Shown: in pieces, positions 52,836 through 64,000 of the stretch
How positions within the stretch are numbered: the stretch's first letter is position 1
Layout of the letters: the number at the start of each line of letters is the position of its first letter
DNA from: Vairimorpha necatrix
Taxonomy: Eukaryota
Reading direction: 5' to 3'
DNA length: 64,000 nucleotides
NCBI GenBank assembly: GCA_036630325.1
Contig: CP142726.1
Span: forward strand, 1,240,001-1,304,000
The notes under the pieces: model-generated
The model's database searches: none
Seen by the model: only the letters and a program-made list of their open reading frames with translations
What the model was told of the DNA's origin: nothing
Program-made: the position numbers and the translations under genes

Positions 52836-53483
52836 ATGGATTTCCCCTCTGACACTAAAAAACATAAAAAAGTTCTCGACAAAATAGAAAAAACAAAGAT
52901 CTCGTCAATTTATAGAGATTTTATCTCTGAAAATCCAGATCTACTATCTTTAAATGATTCTTCTCAAGAAGAAGTCTCTTATTATTCATTTGTACTTGCG
53001 AAACCATATCAGAAGTTATTAACTTTTACTGTAAATGGTAACATTTCTTTCTACGACTTAATTCTAATTCTTCATCCCGAAAAACTCGACATACATTTTT
53101 TCAATATAAAAAATTTTATTATCTGCGACATTTCAAATGAGAAAATTAGAAATTATGTCTTAAAAATGTTTACAATACGGAATTTAGTATTTGTAGACCA
53201 CACACAGACTCTTAAAAGTTTAATAAAAGACGAGAAAATAGATGTGTTATATTTTAAAAATAATGAATTTTATAAAATGAAAGTAAAAAACATAGCAAAT
53301 ATTTATAAAAATATAGAAAAGTATTTCAGGTTTACAGATATTGAAATACGAGATGTGAAATGTCATTTGTGTAAGAAAGATAGATGGGAAGTAGAAATGA
53401 AAAATGAATTTATATTTACAGAAAGATTTAACAAATTCTGTAAAAAATGTCATATGATGATAAATAAAGTGCCGAGAGTGTAG
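52836..53483 (+). CDS. Zinc-finger protein, possible SNAPc subunit 3 (SNAP50)-like
   Basis: C-terminal CHLC-x20-FCKKC. Confidence 0.6.
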   Translation: MDFPSDTKKHKKVLDKIEKTKISSIYRDFISENPDLLSLNDSSQEEVSYYSFVLAKPYQKLLTFTVNGNISFYDLILILHPEKLDIHFFNIKNFIICDISNEKIRNYVLKMFTIRNLVFVDHTQTLKSLIKDEKIDVLYFKNNEFYKMKVKNIANIYKNIEKYFRFTDIEIRDVKCHLCKKDRWEVEMKNEFIFTERFNKFCKKCHMMINKVPRV

Positions 53484-53631
53484 TCAAATAGTAAAAAAGA
53501 CTTATAAAAATGTGTCATAATAAAAAATGTTTTTTTTTGATTTGTTGGCAACTATTTTTAGATTTTTTTATTGATTTCGCAGAAGTTTACAATAAATTTA
53601 TCTTATAGAAAATAATATTGAGTTTATTTTT

Positions 53632-54096
53632 TTATCTTAAATTCTCAATAAAAATTTTAAGATTTTCTTCATTTGAAGTTTCTAAAATTTTATAAAATAT
53701 TTCAAAATCCATTTCTTCTTTATCAAACAAATCTTTTATAAAATTACACAATAAATTATTTCTAATATACAAATTATTTATCTCGTCTTTTAATCCCATT
53801 TCTCTTGTACTTTTATTTGTACCTACAAGTTTATTATTCAAAATGTCTTTTCTTTTAAATTCATTTCTCATTAAGAGTTTGTTACTTTGGATTTGTTTTT
53901 CTTTAATTTTTAGATCATTTTCAAGTTTACGAATTTCTTTCTCAAGTTTGTGTATTGAATTATTTAGAGACACGATGTGTGTCTGAGAAGAAAGAAGTTC
54001 TTTATTTAGACATGAGTTTTCTTCTTTAAGTTTTATGTTTAAAGAATAGAACTTTTTATTTTCATTGAGAAGTTCGTTAAGACGATGAAGATCCAT
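53632..54096 (-). CDS. Coiled-coil hypothetical protein
   Basis: 154-aa ORF with a heptad pattern. Confidence 0.65.
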   Translation of the reverse strand: MDLHRLNELLNENKKFYSLNIKLKEENSCLNKELLSSQTHIVSLNNSIHKLEKEIRKLENDLKIKEKQIQSNKLLMRNEFKRKDILNNKLVGTNKSTREMGLKDEINNLYIRNNLLCNFIKDLFDKEEMDFEIFYKILETSNEENLKIFIENLR

Positions 54097-54115
54097 TTAA
54101 AGGATTAAATATTAT

Positions 54116-54266
54116 AAAAAAATAGCATAGGCTATATTGATCATTCGGAGAATGGCTTATATCATAAAAGATATAAGACTTAATAAGCTTTGTTTTAGGT
54201 CTCAGCTAGCATTAGTTCTATCTCCGTGTGTACTTCATTGATAGACGGCCTCCTCACGCAAGGACA
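54116..54266 (-). ncRNA. Probable U4 spliceosomal snRNA
   Basis: In order: GUCCUUGCGUGAGG (U4/U6 stem II), UCUAUC-AAUGA...GA-GAUAGA (kink-turn stem-loop), UGCUAG (stem I), a 3' hairpin and an AUUUUUUU run. About 150 nt. Confidence 0.7.
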
Positions 54267-54312
54267 CCCCTCTTTTCAAAAAATATTTAAAAATAAAAAA
54301 ATTTAAATTTTT

Positions 54313-54606
54313 TTATTTTTTCTTCATAAATCCAAATAAATTTCCTTGTTTACTTTTCTTTACATTTCTAGTGACTTCGTTTGTTAGTTCTTGTTTTACT
54401 GTATTTTCGGTTACTGTAAAGTAGTCATTTATATTTTCAAAATCTTTATTACTTAGAATGTACAAGATGTCGCCTTTATATTTAGAAAGGGAGATTTTAG
54501 TAGTTTTATCTTCACGGGTGGAATTTATAAATATTTTTGTGTATTTTGATGTGTCAATAGAAGAAAAATCAGAATCTTGTTTCTTGAAACATATTTCAGT
54601 GGGCAT
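54313..54606 (-). CDS. Small protein with C-terminal PIP box (Pol32/POLD3-like?)
   Basis: Ends KKSKQGNLFGFMKKK. CCCC precedes the ATG. Confidence 0.65.
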   Translation of the reverse strand: MPTEICFKKQDSDFSSIDTSKYTKIFINSTREDKTTKISLSKYKGDILYILSNKDFENINDYFTVTENTVKQELTNEVTRNVKKSKQGNLFGFMKKK

Positions 54607-56479
54607 AAAAAGGGGAAAGTTTTAGACATTTGATATGGTAAATATATTTGTAAAATAATTAGTAAATTCGCTAAGATTTCCTAATACTTAAAAAAAAAAT
54701 AAACGGAGAGCATTCTGATCTAAGACTAAATATACTTGAAATAAAAGGCAGAACAAAACTTTGTAACTATTTAAGAAAACAGTATCTAGGCAGTTTCTAG
54801 CTTTAGACATTTTATATTTGAATTATCTTGTATAAAAAACAAATTAAGATCTAACTACCAAATAAAAATAAACTTTGGCCGAGATATTATGGCTTTGCCA
54901 TAATATCCCATATAATTTTCATTTTACTTCCTTAAATATTTCGTTTATTTTATGCTCCCATGTTGTTGCATGAAAAGTGAAAAAAACAGCTCATTTTTAA
55001 AACTTTCAAAAGCAAACTCAATCTGCTTGCGCGAGGAACACAAATAAAGACATCTACTGTAATAAGAGTATATAATGCAGGGGAACATCTTAGAATGCTA
55101 CTTACAATCCAAGGGCAATACTGTCGTCTATTTTGACCTTGACGTGCAGTGACAAAAGTTCATTGATTCTTATTAAATTTAGTATGCAAAACCATTTACA
55201 TAACTAAATTGGTCGGCACCCATTTAAATAAAAATTACAAAGCTCAAAATTAATTTATAAATAAAGCCGGAAAGTGTTCTTAAGGAGCATCTTAGGTTTA
55301 ATATAACTTCATATGGGACATTGGTCTAAGAACAATGCTACTTTTGCTAAAAGCATTATTATTGTTTTCATGATTACTGAATACATTAGAATTGTAAATT
55401 TAGTAGCTTATATTTTGGCCAGATAAAATATGTGACGCGTAAAGACGAAATTAATTGGGCATCGTACCAAAGACACCATGATTTTATCTCGCCCGATGCA
55501 AAAAAACAAATAGATAAATTATAAGGCATAGCCCAAATGCTAAATAAATATACAAAATGCAAGATCTGGCAATTATGACTACAAACCATAAGAAATATTC
55601 TGTTAAGTTGTTTTTACAAGGGAAAAAACTTGGTGAGCATAAATTTTTGTATATTACTGAGATACGTTAAAAAAATATCACTTAACATTGTAATTTTAGA
55701 ATTTATCGGGTTTATTCTGTTCAAATTTTATGCGTCAAGCCATAATGTGATTCGTATAGTTTAGAAAGCATCTTTAAGTATAAATATTGTAGATTTTGTC
55801 ACTATATCAAATATTTAAAGTACTAAACTCGCGTACAAAGCACTTGGCAGTGCACTTTAAATTGATCTTATGAATGACGAAGACAGTTCTTCGCATAGAC
55901 CATAGTCTACATAAAGAAACACGCAGGATCAATTTTGTTTGAGATAGTAGTCAACTTAGTTTCTAGGCCATAGAAGGTATTGTGGCGTGTGCGCGATGCA
56001 GATAATTGAGATCTTTAATGTCCATATAAAAATATCTTATAAATTACATTAACCTTTGCTTGATACGCACATAGACTGTAAATCGATCTATTTGTGATAT
56101 AGGCGTTTACATTAAACATTTAGTTAGAAGCTTAATTATAATGAACACGGCAGAGCTTGCTATATCGTCATTATTGACTTATTTTTCAAAAACTAATTAA
56201 ATTAATACATGTCTTACAGGGGGTTGCATTTTTTAGTATAACTTTTGCATTTTTATAGTATATTAAAAGAAAAAAAATAATCATAAACAACCAGAAATTC
56301 TATATAACGAACCATCAATGACTATTTGTTGTAAAATAATATACAATCCCATTTAAATAGAGAAATTCTTGTTTTTGACTTGCCATTTCTAGTTATCTTA
56401 CCATATTAGTGTAGACTCATCACACAATAAACTGTTATCGTTGTTCAGAATTTGTTCTTAATCCTTTCTATTTCATTAT

Positions 56480-56940
56480 TTGAATCTCTTATAGCACAAA
56501 ACCTCGATTTTGTGTATTAAAAAAATTCTTCAATAGGATTAAGCTGTGATGAATATGGAGCCAAAAAACATAAGAAATTTCCGTTGTCCTTAGTATTCAC
56601 AAAACTTTACTCGAATGATTAAATTTACAATAATCGACAATTAAAATCTCTAAGATATTTTTCAATTTACTCGATGAATAGAAAAATGGCATGCGTCATT
56701 TTCATTTCGTATCGAATAAGACTCTTTAGAAATCACGCAAAGACAACTCTTATTTTTATCTTGAATTGCGGAAACTGTTTAAAATGCTTTTTGATTTTTT
56801 TAAAATTTAAGTTCTTTGTAGTTTGAACATTGAATTCAGTTTCAACCAAAAATGGAATTTTTAAGTCAATAATCCTACATTCCCACGGCATATTCAGCTC
56901 CTTTATCAATTTTGTCTGTGAATACGCTTTCATGAATCTG
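56480..56940 (-). mobile_element. Tc1/IS630-type (DDE_3) transposase remnant
   Basis: FLVETEFN resembles F.DE.GFN, and FLAPYSSQLNPIEEFF resembles LPPYSP.LNPIE. Boundaries are uncertain. Confidence 0.7.
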
Positions 56941-57429
56941 GAGCTGTTTTTTTTCTTGTAATATTTAAATATCTCAACAATCTCGAAATAGTCGACAAAA
57001 ACATCGAAAAATTTGTTTTTTGTATTAACTTCCTTATTTTTTCACTAAGAGTCATGTTGTTGCTAGTGCAATGATTTTTTTCCAAAAAATCTATCCGTTT
57101 AAAACCTCGAGAAGAGTAAATTTAAAAGCGATTTATTGCACTTTAAGAGAAATCAGATTCTCCCTTCTATATTTTCTTATGAATTCTTCATACTGTTAAA
57201 ACTAAAATCTTCTTTAGTATCATTATCTTTTATAATCATATTTTGATTTTTTATATGTTTCCCGTGTGCTTGCAGCTATCCGGTATGGCCGTTGCTTTCG
57301 CTTTTAAGCATAAAAGAGGTTATTTTTTCAAAAAAAAATTGGACTGCAATAATGCAAATCCTTGTATGTAGATACAAACTTTTGAATCCAATCATCTCAA
57401 CTGAATTGTTTCTCCATACAATTCGGACC

Positions 57430-58279
57430 GGAGCATTTTCACTTTATCCCCCCCTTACCAATATAAATTAAGAATTTTTAAAAAATATCCCTGTTTTTGA
57501 AATTCGAAGCGGGAAAAATGTGAAGGAGCAAAAGTCAAAAAACAAAGTTGATATAAAATAGCATATTTACCAAAAATAAAACAATTGTTTTTATGTTTTT
57601 CAATTTTTCAAAAATTTCCTTCTTCCACTTATTGATCAAGATTTATCTTTATTGTACATTGCGATGTATAACAACGAAAATCTCTATATAAATAATATTA
57701 TATAAGGTTCATTTGCTGTTATAAATGAATATTTTTCAAGAATTAAAGAATTTTCCAAATATGTAATACTTTACTTTTGGAACTAAAATATAACATATCT
57801 ATTAAATTGACATTATATACGATTCAATAATTCTTTAAAGAGCATAAATATAACATAATTATTCTCTGTTTGTCTAAAAAACCAATGAAAACCTAAAAAA
57901 CAAGACTAATAAATATACTACTAAACTAAGAATAACCAACCCTAAAATCTGTTTTAAACAACATAAACTGTGTATAAACATGTTTATCTTAGGCAAAAAT
58001 TAAATGTAATGACAAAAGAAAGCAATAGGTTAAAACATATTTTGACAAATTTAGATTTCTATTTAACTCATAGTTTATTAGAAAACATTATTAAATTGGT
58101 TTAAATAATATATTTTTTATAAACTATGTTCAAATTAAATATTTCTAAAACCATTTTTTTTCTTATGTAAATTTTTCTCTGTTCCTTTCCGCTCTGGACG
58201 CTTCGACTTTTGAAAAACAGGGCTAAAAATAAAAAATTCCGTATTTATATTGTTAAGGGGGATAAAGTGAAAATCAGCC
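57430..58279. mobile_element. Non-autonomous TIR element (MITE-like), copy 2
   Basis: Imperfect TIRs of ~80-100 bp: GG...ATTTTCACTTTATCCCCC..TTA.CAATATAAAT on the left and ATTTATATTGTTAAGGGGGATAAAGTGAAAAT...CC on the right. AT-rich non-coding interior; no TSD seen. Confidence 0.8.
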
Positions 58280-59606
58280 TCTTAAACATTTTATAACGCG
58301 TCATATCGATTAATTCATCATAATTTGTTACACCAGTTTACAGTCCGTAGTATGACTTTATGCTCATTATTTTTAGAGGTTTAGATTGTTCACATGTATT
58401 GCATATTAAATAAATTATTCTTATAAAGCTCTAAAGATTTACAAAAACTTAATTGCATGATCTATCAAACCTGTTAACATTCTTATGATGAAGCTGATGG
58501 ACGTCTACTTAACAAAATTCCATAGCTTAAAACTGAACACTATAAAAAAAACTTTTAGATTGCTAACTTGTGACTTATCCTTTTAGATAAAAATTCTCAT
58601 CAATAAAATAGCAATTTAATTATTTTCAAACTTTTTGTGGTATACATAAATAACCTTGTTGTTTTTGCCTTGTGAAATTAAGCGATATCATTATATTCAA
58701 CAGTATTTTTGGGCGAAATATTTATCTTACTAAGAGGTATAAATATCATTTTATCCTCTCATATCACCATGGAAATAATAATTTTATTAAAATTTAATCT
58801 TTTTGTTAGTGTACCATAGTCCAATAGCGTGGTAACAAGTTATTCGCTATATTTTGAATTTGAATTGCTTTCAGGTGTGTTTATTTATTCAATTGACAAA
58901 AAACTAGTAGGTCTTCCTTATGGAAAATATGAGAGCCTGCGTCTGCAAGGTATCAACGCTAGCACGCTATAAATATTACTAATCCTTGCATTTTATTCAT
59001 ATCTGCACCCAAAAAAAAGAATTCTTAACAGAACACGAAACACAATAAAAATGCAATATATTTGCATTCTACGGTAAAAAAAAACAATTTTTAGTCCTAA
59101 ATAATACTAAAAAAAATTCTTAGTTTAAAAAAAAAAACAACAACTCTTTTCTTTTTTGAAAAGAAACAAAAAGTTCATTCTCGCTATGTAGATCAAAACA
59201 AGATTAACAATGTAATAGAAAAATTTGTCTAGAATTGACTCATATTTAAATAGTTTAAAATAAAATAGTCCAATTGATCAAATTTCGCTATATATTAATC
59301 CATGTTATTTGTCGTATTTCTACGCTTGTAACAAAAAACATCAAAAATCAATCGTAAATTATTTAATTTATAGATTGGCTAAAAACCTTATTTTAATTAA
59401 TGTCAACCCCGAATATAAATGTGTATAGGTCAGATGTAAATATCAAATTAGAATTGATATTTACTTAAAAAAATAAATCTATGCATAATACAATCCTGTC
59501 GCCTCCTGCTTCTTCCTATGCGTATAATTAAAATCATTCTGTAAATTTTTTAATTTAAAATTTGTTATAGTTAAAAAAAATATATAAGGAGTAAAATTTA
59601 CCCCAC

Positions 59607-60291
59607 ATGTTTTGTTCTTATTTAAAAATATTATTTAACATTATATTCGTAGTTGGTTCATCTAAAAATACCAAATTGATTGTTGATAACTTAGAAGATA
59701 AATGTAGTGTCTTAAGTAAAGAGGAGAATCATATTTGTAGTGAATACAAATTGAAGAAACTAGTATTTAACTTGAAAACCAATAAGGAAAGTCTTATAGC
59801 ATTGGATTTAGATGGTATGAAATTAAGTCTAATGCGCTTACAATCTCCCGCTAGAATCGAAGGATATGATAAAAACGGCAAGCGCATAGTAACTACCTCC
59901 ATAATTGACGCAAAAAAACATTGGCGTTAATTTAGGTGCTAATTCAAATGCTTGTTTCCAGTTTTCAAGTGAAAGTCCATCGTATTGTTCGAATGATTTT
60001 AAAGTAGAAGGAAGAGAAAATCAAGAACAAGGAGAAGCAAATCCCAATAAAAAGCTGCTTTACTATAGTAAACCTGAAGAAAAAACAATTATTACTAAAG
60101 AAAATAATAAATATGTCCTCACTCCTGAGACTGCTGATAATTCACTGCCTTGTTTTTTTATGCAAGATTTGACACCAAATATACTAGCAGTGATCAAGTC
60201 AATGAAAAAGAAGATCGAATTCTCCACTAACAAAGACCTGTTGATAGGATTTCAATTTTTTGAATCATTTGACGATCTTTTAAATGACTAA
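59607..60291 (+). pseudogene. Putative secreted protein split by a 1-nt frameshift (pseudogene or sequencing error)
   Basis: CCCC before the ATG and a signal-peptide-like N-terminus. ORFs 59607..59930 and 59905..60291 fuse if one A is removed from the A7 run at 59912-59918. Confidence 0.65.
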
Positions 60292-60608
60292 TAAAATGGT
60301 TAATGTGGAATTTTTTTTATTGTTTAGATATGTATAAATGTTTATAAATTTATTATTTTTTAAAAGTCAAGTATTACATAATAAAATGACCAAAATTCAA
60401 GAGGGTGAAATTTATGGTCTATAGTATGTGATATTTAGAACCCAATTTTTATGTTATACTTATATGACCGATTTTAAAAAGACTTATAATCGCGGTCTAG
60501 CCGGAAAATTGGCAAGCTTTATGTCAAAGTCATGTAGAACATATGGAGTTGACTCTTGGCAGTTTTGTTCTAGTAAAATTTTTTGATCTATGCTATGAGT
60601 ATTACTAA

Positions 60609-60966
60609 GGGTTTCGGGTTATGAGATCCACCCATAGAAAAGACCATGGATCTTTTCTACGATATAAAATATTTGAAATTTCTTTTAAATTTTTTTGAAA
60701 CTTTGCCCTTATGAAAAATATCTTACACGCTAAAACAAAAATTGCGTGAAAACAATGGCAACATAAGTAAAACTGCTTTCGAGTTGCAGATTACTAGGAA
60801 AATTATAGGGTCATTATATCAGAGGGTTTCTTTTTATATTAAATTTTTTACCATTTGGCTATGGTGTGATCTATTTATGGGTGAATCTCTTCTACTAGTA
60901 TATAAATTGCCATCTAAAAAGTCGTAAAATTCGACTTTTGGGATGGATCTTATAAACGGAAACCCC
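60609..60966. mobile_element. Short TIR element (MITE / internally deleted DNA transposon)
   Basis: GGGTTTCGGGTTATGAGATCCACCC at the left end and GGGATGGATCTTATAAACGGAAACCC at the right end are imperfect inverted repeats. Confidence 0.75.
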
Positions 60967-60988
60967 TGTAAGAAATATTACAAAATAT

Positions 60989-61222
60989 ATAATTTATTTG
61001 GGTATAATATTCGGCTTATTAATTACTTTTCACAAGATACGCTTACAGTCTCATCTGGCAGTTTCAGGACTTCCTTCTGAAATTCACTCATTGGGCTCTC
61101 GAAGACCCCTTCCTGATCTGTATCAAGCCCATGGCTGGCTGACATAGTTAGGCTTTCTAAAGTCATTTTAAGGACTCTTGACTGTATATATGCTTCCGTT
61201 CTGGGTTCTAATTTGAGCACTT
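60989..61222 (-). mobile_element. 5'-truncated 3' end of an RLE non-LTR retrotransposon
   Basis: EAYIQSRVLKMTLESLTMS, same family as 6830 and 12443. TSD TAAGAAATATTA(C/A)AAAATAT at 60969-60988 and 61223-61242. Confidence 0.88.
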
Positions 61223-61547
61223 TAAGAAATATTAAAAAATATTTTTTAAACTAACCTAGAAGCATAAAAACATGTATATTTGCTATTGAACGACTTATAA
61301 CACTGCATTATGATCTAGTATCGCTCATTTTCTTTTAGTATATTTAAAAAATGAATTATTGATTTAACAAATCATATGTTCTTAACAATTTAAGAGTAAC
61401 TGGCCTTTGTTCAACAAACTTTTTTTAGCGAAACGGCACTCTAGTGGGCAAATTCAACAATAAAAGCTTATTTTTTTATATATTAATTTTTTTTATATGT
61501 ATTCTGATATATTTGTATAATTTCACTTTATATGATAAATAAAGACG

Positions 61548-64000
61548 TGGTGATACCGAATCGTCAGTTTACAAGTGCGAACTGTGGTCTAGAGGCTAAA
61601 AGGCCATTAAAGCAAGTTGAAAGAATTATGTGTAGGCTAGAGATGGAGTAAGTAGGAACCAAATTATAGCAGCAGAGAATATTTATGGAAGGAAGTGAAG
61701 AAATAAAAATTTTATGGTAAAAAGAATCAGTAAAGAGGACGAATAGTGAAATAATTAAGAAATTAAAGGAGGAAATGTGTAGAGAAGAAAGACACAAAAA
61801 AGAAGAAGAAAATAGAGAGAACTTATGGATGCTATAAGTGAGAAGATTATAGAAAGCGTGAGAAAAGAAATGCAAGAGAAAGATTTAGTTATGAGGAATC
61901 AAGTACAAGAATTAAGAAGAAATAGAAATTGTTTTAATTGTGGGAAATTCGGCCATATGGCTAGGAACTGCTATGTAGGAAGGAACAATAATCAGGAAAA
62001 TAATAAAAAGATTAATTCGTATTTAAAGTTAGACAAAAGTCAAAGTTGTAGTAGCAGTGATGATAATAAAGGATATAAACCAAGTGGAAAGACAAAACGA
62101 GTTTAGTTAAAGAAATATAATAATAGTAATAGAAGACAGATAGAAAGAATTTTTGCGTGCAATAAAGAGACGAAAAGAAGATTACTGAATCGGGAATTTC
62201 GTTAGAAGATCTCAAAGCGAAATATAAAGAATTTTTTAAACAAGGAGATGAGGTTATAAGTTATTGTACATATGAGAAGTGTAAGATAGATACTCCAGAG
62301 GGTAAGAAGATAGTCAAAAGGGACAGACGATCCCACAGGCTTTGATAAAACAGACTGAGGAATATATTAATGATTAAGAAAATAGAAAGATTTTTAGAAG
62401 ATCGTCATCGGAATGGCGAAACCCAATAAGAGCGATACTTAAACCAAGTGGTGAAGTAAGGGTTGTTAGTAAATTTATAGGGTTGAATGATTCAGTCGAG
62501 AAAGCCCGTATGAGCTAACGAATATGAGAGAAATAATTAGAGCTACGCAAGGGTCGATAATATTTACTGTTGTTGATTGCAAAGAAGCGTTTTCCCATTT
62601 TAAATCGAAGAAAAAGATAAACATAAGACGGCGTTTGAATTTAATAAAAAAGTTTACGAATGGAATAGTATGGTGATGGGATACAAAAATTCCCCACAGA
62701 ACTACAGCAACGATGAATAAGATTTTTGAGGATTTGCGAGGAAATGGTGTTGAGGTATACATGGACGATATAGTAATACATGCCAACAATAAACGTAAAC
62801 ACAATATACTAGTTTTAGAGGTTTTAGAAAGAATTAGGCGAAATAAAATGAAATTTAATAGTGTGAAAATACAGTTTAGACAAGCGGAAGTAAAACTATT
62901 AGGTGTGAAGCTGAATGGAACAGACATGACGGCCGACGAAATAAAGAAAAATGAAGCCTTGGAGTATCCAGACAAAAACTTTGACGGAATTGAGGAGATT
63001 TTTAGGATTGACTGGATGGTTCAGACCATTTATTAAAAATTATGCCGGGTTGACGTTGAAAATGACAGATAGTTTGAAGAAAAATGGCAATTCGTACAAA
63101 TTAACGGAAGAGATGAAAAATGTGTTAAGAAATGTGGGAAGACTAAGATTGCCGGACTATAATAAGGAGTTCATACTAAGAACAGACGCTAGCAATTTGA
63201 GATTGGGTGCGTTGTTACTTCAGAAGAATGAGAATGGAGAATAAGTTGCTATACAATGGGCATCTAAAAAGCTAACACCGATAGAAGTAAGATATGGTAT
63301 ATCAGAAAATGAAATGCTTGCGATATATTGGGGCATTGATAAATTTAAATACGAGTTATGAGGTAGAAAATTTAAGATAAAAACGGATCACAAAGCACTA
63401 GTGGAGAAAAGAAACAAACCATTTTTCAATAATAACAGAATAAATCGCTGAATCGAGAAGATACAGGAATATGATTTTAGCATTGAACATTAAAAACCTG
63501 ATGAGATGGTGGTAGCGATGCGTTGAGTCGAATAAATATGGAAGAGGATATTAAAGAAATGAAAAATAAAGAGCGAACAATCAAGCAAACAGAAGGTAAA
63601 TGGAAAGCAATATTGGCAATTTGACTCAGGACGTAAAGTTGAAATACCACCTGAGAATATAAGGAGACAATTAATCCAAGAATATCATGAAAAAGTAGGC
63701 CACAGATGCATGACAAGTGTTTATTATGCAATGAGAAAATAATACTATTGGCCAGGAGTAAGGAAAGAAATAAACGAGGTTATAAAATAGTGTCAGAAAT
63801 GTCAGATATAAACAGGAAAAATATGGGTGGTTGTGAATTTGTAGATACGTCGATATTTAGAGAAGGTTGCATGGACTTGATAGACTTTAGAAATGAGAAG
63901 AAATATGTCTTAGTCGCTATCGATTATTTTACATGTAGAGTATGGGGAATAGTTATAAATAACAAGTCAAGTAATAATGTTGAAAGATTTTGAAAAGATT
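61548..64000 (+). mobile_element. Degenerate Ty3/Gypsy LTR retrotransposon (runs off the window)
   Basis: Gag knuckle CFNCGKFGHMARNC, then RT (YMDD, LRRFLGLTGWFR), RNase H (TDAS..LGA.LLQ, TDHKAL) and integrase (C.KCQ, YVLVAIDYFT), in Gypsy order. Many stops and frameshifts. Possible PBS TGGTG at 61548. Confidence 0.93.

Noticed and set aside
54120-54270. RNase P/MRP or SRP identity for this RNA
   Set aside because: A CR-V-like word is present, but there is no matching CR-I/P4 or P1 and no SRP helix-8 motif. U4 explains more of the features.
54950-56250. Possible decayed transposase or pseudogene
   Set aside because: The composition suggests old coding DNA, but I found no convincing motif on either strand.
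59912-59919. Programmed -1 frameshift at A AAA AAC
   Set aside because: The downstream ORF needs a +1 shift, and no stimulatory structure is evident.

Overview
Very AT-rich, compact, intron-poor eukaryotic DNA. The divergent, shortened housekeeping proteins and the CCC/GGG motif just upstream of most ATGs point to a microsporidian (Nosema/Vairimorpha-like); the organism call is inference. A gene-dense core (~13.4-54.6 kb) carries RNase H2A, TAF8, Spc25, PMS1, four ATM1-like ABC half-transporters (three in tandem), RPC2, MED31, a NEDD8-like protein, PheRS-alpha, Sec6, Svp26, a REP/GDI-like protein, Swt1, an adaptin, TPI, CRM1, TAF13, eS21, Tfb3, two tRNAs and a probable unannotated U4 snRNA. 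Gene-poor transposon graveyards flank the core. They hold Merlin, restriction-like-endonuclease (RLE) non-LTR, Ginger/KRBA2-like integrase, Tc1/IS630 and Ty3/Gypsy remnants, plus TIR elements, some nested with readable target-site duplications. A tandem pair of lineage-specific secreted-type genes with mosaic identity sits at the left edge. The best leads are the U4 candidate and other structured intergenic RNAs, the ATM1-like expansion with one catalytically degenerate copy, RLE retroelements that repeatedly hit TA-rich sites, and several reduced proteins (Pol32-like, Edc4-like, SNAP50-like, an unclassified adaptin). All calls are by eye; no searches were run.
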